From: Calditrichia bacterium
GTDB taxonomy: Bacteria; Calditrichota; Calditrichia; RBG-13-44-9; J075
Assembly (NCBI GenBank): GCA_050633245.1
Contig: JBOEGD010000007.1
Coordinates: forward strand, 219,624-283,623
Direction of reading: 5' to 3'
DNA length: 64,000 nt
The translations under genes and the position numbers were made by a program. Shown here piece after piece: positions 59,082 to 64,000 of this stretch. Each line of letters opens with the position of its first letter. Position 1 is the first letter of the stretch. The notes beneath the pieces were generated by a model. It was not told the origin of the DNA, did not search any database, and saw only the letters and a program-made list of their open reading frames with translations.

Positions 59082-60071
59082 CTAGGGTATCTTACGCAAC
59101 CAGGTGTTTGCCAAAATCAGCTCCAGCAGGAGCAACCCCAAAGCAGCAAGGATAAAATTAACAAACAGCTCTTCGTAGCGCGTGAATTCTTTTACTTCGA
59201 TCTTTGTTTTCTCCAGCTCGCCAATTTGATCATAAATATCGCGCAGAGCCGTAGTATTGGTCGCACGAAAATACTGCCCGCCGGTAATGGTCGCAATCCG
59301 CGTTAACAATTCTTCATCAATCTCTACTTTTACCGGAACATAGCGCTTGCCAAAAAATGGATCATCAACCGGGACCATTGCCGTGCCTTTTGTTCCGGCA
59401 CCAATCGTATAGACTCGAATATTGTAGGTATTAGCGACCTGAGCAGCAGTAACCGGATCAATTTCACCCGCATTGTTTTCGCCGTCGGTCAGCATAATAA
59501 CCACTTTGCTGGTGGCCTTACTATCCTTCAAGCGTGCAACGGCTGTGGCCAAGCCATTTCCGATAGCTGTGCCATCCCACTCACGTGGTGCAGTTTCCGT
59601 CTTATCTAATATTTCCTGCAACACACCATAGTCGAGCGTTAATGGACACTGGCTGAATGCCTCGCCGGCAAAAATAACAAGCCCAATCGGATCGTCTCGG
59701 CGCCCGGCAATAAACTCACCTGCGACTGTTCTGGCAGCAGCCAATCGATTCTTCGGCTTAAAATCTTCTGCAAGCATCGATGTGCTCACGTCAATCACCA
59801 TCATAATATCTATGCCTTCTGTCAACACCTCTTCCTGCTTGCTGCCAGACTGTGGACGTGCAATGCCCAAAATCACCAGCGTAACTGCCGCCAGCCTCAG
59901 CAATGGAAGGTATCGCCGGAGAATTTGGCGCAGGGATGCGGGTATCTGCTTAAGATGCCGTAAGGTAGAGAACTTCATTTGTCCACCCGGGCGACGACGC
60001 CAGTAATAAACGACCAGCAAAGGCAGCAGTGCCAGTAGCGCAAGATACTCGGGATTTGCAAATCTAAACAT
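59082..60071 (-). CDS. batA: BatA vWA-domain protein
   Basis: FANPEYL, ARPQ, DVSTSMLAEDF.P.NRL, GTAIGNGLA, LTDGENNAG and TGGQYFRA. Confidence 0.92.
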   Translation of the reverse strand: MFRFANPEYLALLALLPLLVVYYWRRRPGGQMKFSTLRHLKQIPASLRQILRRYLPLLRLAAVTLVILGIARPQSGSKQEEVLTEGIDIMMVIDVSTSMLAEDFKPKNRLAAARTVAGEFIAGRRDDPIGLVIFAGEAFSQCPLTLDYGVLQEILDKTETAPREWDGTAIGNGLATAVARLKDSKATSKVVIMLTDGENNAGEIDPVTAAQVANTYNIRVYTIGAGTKGTAMVPVDDPFFGKRYVPVKVEIDEELLTRIATITGGQYFRATNTTALRDIYDQIGELEKTKIEVKEFTRYEELFVNFILAALGLLLLELILANTWLRKIP

Positions 60072-60201
60072 AGCGCATTATGAATTTATGATTTATTAAT
60101 GATGATTTATTAGTAACTACTCAGAAAAGGACAGTAAGAACTTGCCCTATTCACGTTTAGAACACACAAACCTTCGACAATAACCAGTTCGCACATTCTG
60201 T

Positions 60202-60223
60202 CTTCGACTGCGCTCAGCCTGAC
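60202..60223. repeat. Half of a REP-like element
   Basis: CTTCGACTGCGCTCAGCCTGAC resembles the arm of an intergenic repeat family I recall from Bacteroidota genomes. No partner arm in this window. Confidence 0.4.
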
Positions 60224-60244
60224 GCGGAATAATGTCTTGCCTTC

Positions 60245-61228
60245 TTACCTCTCGCTACTTGCCTCGGCTTCGCCCTCTGAATCTTCAACAACTTCCATAC
60301 GCTCAACTGCCTCAAATTCCAGCATTGTTCTTTCAATAAAGGCGCGCACCAATTTCACGGTGTCTTGCGTTTGCGGTTCCGATGGAACAAATTTGGCAAA
60401 CTTAACCAGATCGCAATTTGTAAGTGACTTTTGCAGATATTCGATATCATCTGCTGAAAGGTCGGCATCATTCATCGAGTTCAACAGTTCGCCCGTCGTT
60501 TCTTCCATCGCTTTGATGTAATAGCGTCCTTCAACATAACGTCGTAGAATATCAGACAGCATGGTAAAGAAACTTTTATGCTGCATATTTTCCAGCAGAT
60601 CGCTCTGTATAAGCGTATCTAACTCTTCCAGTGCAATCTCATGCGCCGGACGAATAACTTCTTTGCGAAATACGGGACCTTCGCCATTTTGCTTTCGATA
60701 ATACCACCAATTACCAAATGCTAGTCCGGCAATTAGCAGCAGACCGCCGACTATAAGCAGCCACTTTAGCCAATCACCGGGCAAATTAAACGGTGGTTTA
60801 ATGTCTCGGAGCTCAATATCGCCTTCTTTCAGAATACTCTCTACATAAATTTCCAGCGGCTCGGAGGTGATAAATTGTTGCTGGCTATCAGGGGACATAA
60901 ATGCAATAGGAAATGGAGGAATAACGTATGTGCCGGTATCAAAAACAGAAATGGTATAAGTAAACATTTCTCTTACCCGACCATCTTTGACCAACGGCTC
61001 TGCTACGGAATAGTCTTTAATCTCGAACGAGCCAAGATTTGCAGCATCACCCGGTGTTCGAATATCGAGGTTCTCGGCACGGTCGATCACCAGAGAATAG
61101 ACGATGCGATCACCAATCGTAATTCGATTGCGGTCGACCGCGGCATCTACCTCAATCAGCGACTGTCCTACCAGAGGAAGAATGCTGATAATGGCGAGCA
61201 GCAAAAGATGTAGCCGTTTTAAATTCAT
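60245..61228 (-). CDS. Bat-operon membrane protein (BatD-like Ig domain, TM, helical C-terminus)
   Basis: Signal peptide, VDRNRITIGD, FDTG, DIKPP, TM, and AHEIALEEL..LRRYVE..AMEETT..DLVKFAK. Confidence 0.8.
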   Translation of the reverse strand: MNLKRLHLLLLAIISILPLVGQSLIEVDAAVDRNRITIGDRIVYSLVIDRAENLDIRTPGDAANLGSFEIKDYSVAEPLVKDGRVREMFTYTISVFDTGTYVIPPFPIAFMSPDSQQQFITSEPLEIYVESILKEGDIELRDIKPPFNLPGDWLKWLLIVGGLLLIAGLAFGNWWYYRKQNGEGPVFRKEVIRPAHEIALEELDTLIQSDLLENMQHKSFFTMLSDILRRYVEGRYYIKAMEETTGELLNSMNDADLSADDIEYLQKSLTNCDLVKFAKFVPSEPQTQDTVKLVRAFIERTMLEFEAVERMEVVEDSEGEAEASSER

Positions 61229-61241
61229 TCTTTTAAGCAGC

Positions 61242-62135
61242 CTAACGCACTCGTTTCGAACGCATTTTAAAAAAATGCGTCAATGGCTTCACATAGGATT
61301 TATCTGTATAGATGTCAATATAGTCCATACCTATTGAGCGAAAGAACTTCTCAAGGCGCATTTTCTCACGCGATGTATTTTGGGCAATCCCGTCACGCAC
61401 CGAACGCACAGACGTGTCTATCAGGCGAATTTCGCCCGTCTCCAAGTCTTCCAATTCCAGCAATCCGACCGATGGAAGTGCTTCCTCCAGCGGATCAATG
61501 ATGTGTACGCCGACCAAATCGTGTCGCTTATTGGCGATTTGCAGATCCTTTTCAAACGCGTCATCCAAAAAGTCGCTAATCAGAAAAACCGTGGCGCGAC
61601 GCTTTTGAATTTGGTTCAAATATTCCAAGGCAACAGCAATATCGGTTTTGGTCGCGCGCTTATGTGCTTCATCGTATTCCACAAAAAGCAGTTCACGAAT
61701 AACGCGCAGCACGTGTTGGCGTCCTTTTCGCGGAGGAACAAATTTATCAATGGTGTCGCTGAATATAATCAGCCCAACCTTGTCATTATTCTTTATCGCA
61801 GAAGATGCCAGAAGAGCGGCAATTTCCGTAGCAATTAGACCTTTCATATTGCCGCGACTGCCAAAGACTTCCGAAGAGCTGCTATCAAACAGAATCATTA
61901 CCGTTAACTCGCGTTCCTCCTCGAAAATTTTCACGAACGGATGATTCATGCGCGCCGATACGTTCCAGTCTATCGTACGCACGTCATCTCCAGCCTGATA
62001 CTCCCGCACCTCGGAAAACTCCATACCACGCCCTTTGAAGACGGAATGATATTCTCCGGCAAACACCTCGTTCACAACGCCACGAATGCTCAGCTCAATC
62101 TGACGGACTTTTTTTAGAAGCTCTTTGGTTTCCAT
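61242..62135 (-). CDS. DUF58 (vWA-like) protein
   Basis: GEYHSVFKGRGMEFSEVREYQAGDDVRTIDWNVSAR, EEERE and LISDF. Confidence 0.95.
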   Translation of the reverse strand: METKELLKKVRQIELSIRGVVNEVFAGEYHSVFKGRGMEFSEVREYQAGDDVRTIDWNVSARMNHPFVKIFEEERELTVMILFDSSSSEVFGSRGNMKGLIATEIAALLASSAIKNNDKVGLIIFSDTIDKFVPPRKGRQHVLRVIRELLFVEYDEAHKRATKTDIAVALEYLNQIQKRRATVFLISDFLDDAFEKDLQIANKRHDLVGVHIIDPLEEALPSVGLLELEDLETGEIRLIDTSVRSVRDGIAQNTSREKMRLEKFFRSIGMDYIDIYTDKSYVKPLTHFFKMRSKRVR

Positions 62136-62140
62136 ATACC

Positions 62141-62207
62141 ATTGATGATTGATGATTGATGATTGATGATTTAGTAATTCATAACTAATAATTCATAATT
62201 CATCAAT
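62141..62207. repeat. Heptamer tandem repeats (ATTGATG)x4 followed by degenerate (AATTCAT)n
   Basis: Fills the moxR-DUF58 spacer; the two tracts are partly complementary. Confidence 0.85.
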
Positions 62208-62209
62208 GT

Positions 62210-63199
62210 TTATGGCACTTCAACGTGATTCAATACTCGGCGAACGATGTCTTCCGAGGTTACTTCTTCCGCTTCAGCTTCGTAGGTCAATAACACGCGA
62301 TGACGCAAGACATCAAGTCCTATTGCCTTAATGTCTTCAGGCGTAACATAGCCGCGGCGGCGCAGGAAGGCATGTGCTTTAGCAGCAGCCTTCAGGCTTA
62401 ATGAAGCACGTGGAGACGCGCCAAATGCCAACAACGGCTTTAAATCGCGCAGACCATAGCTTTCAGGGTCACGGGTAGCAAAGACCAAATCCACAATATA
62501 GCGTTCGATCTTTTCATCCATATACACTTGGTTGACCAACTTCCGCGCAGCAACAATTTCTTTCGGCTTAACAACCGCCTTTGTCTCGAGAGCAGCCCCA
62601 TCGCCCATTTGGCGAATAATCTTAAGTTCTTCATCCTTGGTAGGATAACTGACGCGCAACTTCAGCATAAATCGGTCTACCTGGGCTTCGGGCAGCGGAT
62701 AGGTTCCTTCCTGCTCGATTGGGTTTTGCGTCGCCATAACCAGGAAGGGGTCTTCCAGCTTATAGGTTTCGTCGCCAATGGTAACCTGGCGTTCCTGCAT
62801 CGCTTCAAGAAGCGCGCTCTGAACCTTGGCTGGAGAACGGTTTATCTCATCTGCTAATATGAGGTTGGCAAATATCGGGCCTTTATGAGTCGTAAAGGTG
62901 CCGTTTTTCTGATTGTAGATAAGAGTTCCCAACAGGTCTGCCGGTAGAAGGTCCGGCGTAAACTGAATGCGATTAAACTTGCCATCGATGACCTTGGCAA
63001 CGGTGTTTACCGTAAGCGTTTTCGCCAGACCGGGTACACCTTCCAGCAGAACATGCCCATTGGCAAGCAGGCCAATAACCAAGCGCTCAACCATATACTT
63101 CTGGCCGATGATAACTCGTCCCACCTCGCTGAGAATTTTTTCAACGAACGCACTTTCCTGCTGTATTTTTTCGTTTATCGCTTGAATATCGATTTCCAT
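62210..63199 (-). CDS. moxR: MoxR-family AAA+ ATPase
   Basis: GHVLLEGVPGLAKT, RIQFTPDLLPAD, LADEINR, ATQNPIEQEGTYPLPEAQVDRF and GASPR. Confidence 0.97.
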   Translation of the reverse strand: MEIDIQAINEKIQQESAFVEKILSEVGRVIIGQKYMVERLVIGLLANGHVLLEGVPGLAKTLTVNTVAKVIDGKFNRIQFTPDLLPADLLGTLIYNQKNGTFTTHKGPIFANLILADEINRSPAKVQSALLEAMQERQVTIGDETYKLEDPFLVMATQNPIEQEGTYPLPEAQVDRFMLKLRVSYPTKDEELKIIRQMGDGAALETKAVVKPKEIVAARKLVNQVYMDEKIERYIVDLVFATRDPESYGLRDLKPLLAFGASPRASLSLKAAAKAHAFLRRRGYVTPEDIKAIGLDVLRHRVLLTYEAEAEEVTSEDIVRRVLNHVEVP

Positions 63200-63208
63200 G
63201 ATGCCTCC

Positions 63209-64000
63209 TTAGGACGGACTGTTTTGTTCAAGCAAAAAGGATTCAATTGCATTGTATATGCTGCTAAACTCTTCAGGTTGCAGCTTCTTACCGGCAAAAC
63301 GCACCAGGTCGACTGTGGCCAGCGCATTTCCCAGCTTATCAGATTGCGAATTTTTTAAATCAGATGCGTTTACTGCAGCAAGCAAGTCTGTTGCTGTTTC
63401 CGTTCCACGCACGCTTTCTATCTTCGATGATAAATATCCAATAAACAATTTGGCAAGCTTCAGCACCATTTCATTTAGATTCGTACCCTTAGGGTCTATA
63501 TCTTGTGCAATTTGCTTCAAAAGCACTTCTTCTTCGGTCGCATTCTCAGCAGCAGAATCGGACTCTCTGGCTCTTCTCTTCTTCAAAAAGATCAAAATAA
63601 AATAACCAATCGTAAGCAGAAAAATACCGAGCAATACCATGTAAATCAGTGAAGAGACTGCATCGCTGCCTTCTGAAACCGGCGCAACAATTTCAACCAT
63701 TACGCGCTGTGAAACCAGCTTATCGGAAGCGCCGGTTTGGGTATCACGATAGTTAACCTCAAGGCCATCGATATAGGCCATTCCCTGTTCTACCGCTCGT
63801 AATTTGTAGGTAATCATTTTAGTCGAACGCAGACCACCGCTTTCAACCGGATCGAGTCGATTGGTTGAGCCACTGCCTTCCATTAAGAGATTGGTGAGCA
63901 CAGGTTGTGGGATCCCTGAAATTTGATAGCGGCTCATATCGCCGCTCCAGGAAAGCTCTAAATGGAAAAGAACATTTTGATTCAATGGAATCTGACCAGA
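63209..64000 (-). CDS. BatD-like domain membrane protein (5' end outside window)
   Basis: Frame is open to the window edge. Ig-like N-terminal part, one TM and a DLVRFAG C-terminal motif like that of 60245..61228. Confidence 0.65.
   Translation of the reverse strand, partial: SGQIPLNQNVLFHLELSWSGDMSRYQISGIPQPVLTNLLMEGSGSTNRLDPVESGGLRSTKMITYKLRAVEQGMAYIDGLEVNYRDTQTGASDKLVSQRVMVEIVAPVSEGSDAVSSLIYMVLLGIFLLTIGYFILIFLKKRRARESDSAAENATEEEVLLKQIAQDIDPKGTNLNEMVLKLAKLFIGYLSSKIESVRGTETATDLLAAVNASDLKNSQSDKLGNALATVDLVRFAGKKLQPEEFSSIYNAIESFLLEQNSPS

Noticed and set aside
58970-59306. ORFs with PIAHC/CPLPIAH repeats
   Set aside because: These are translations of the (CATTGCC)n heptamer tract, antisense to the bat operon.
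1-64000. tRNA, rRNA, riboswitch, transposase, integrase or prophage genes
   Set aside because: None recognised by eye in the ORFs or the larger intergenic regions; a covariance-model scan would be needed to exclude small RNAs.

Overview
64 kb of core-like bacterial chromosome, almost all coding on the minus strand. C-terminal 'QNYPNPFNP' FlgD-Ig/T9SS-type domains, a Bat operon and the gene order suggest an FCB-group organism, most plausibly Calditrichota-like (inference). Left to right: (1) a nine-gene MglA/MglB small-GTPase operon extended by a PAS kinase, a receiver, DUF4388/PATAN-like proteins, extra roadblock proteins, a wHTH protein and an output-less HAMP sensor; (2) a divergent GAF hybrid kinase and apgM; (3) two large secreted beta-propeller proteins; (4) a stretch rich in apparent pseudo-enzymes (dead class III cyclase, His-less Hpt, eIF2B-like protein without the catalytic Cys, radical-SAM homologue without CxxxCxxC); (5) a REC-PP2C/STAS partner-switch module and two PAS hybrid kinases; (6) a dcw cluster (mraZ-rsmH-ftsL-ftsI-murF-mraY-ftsW-murG-ftsQ-ftsA-ftsZ) from which murE, murD and murC/murB are cleanly absent; (7) yebC-ruvCAB-queA; (8) a moxR-DUF58-bat operon with heptamer tandem repeats in its spacers. 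I saw no tRNA, rRNA, CRISPR array or transposase. The top leads are the MurC/D/E-less dcw cluster and the extended multi-roadblock MglAB system. All family calls come from motif recognition by eye, not database searches.
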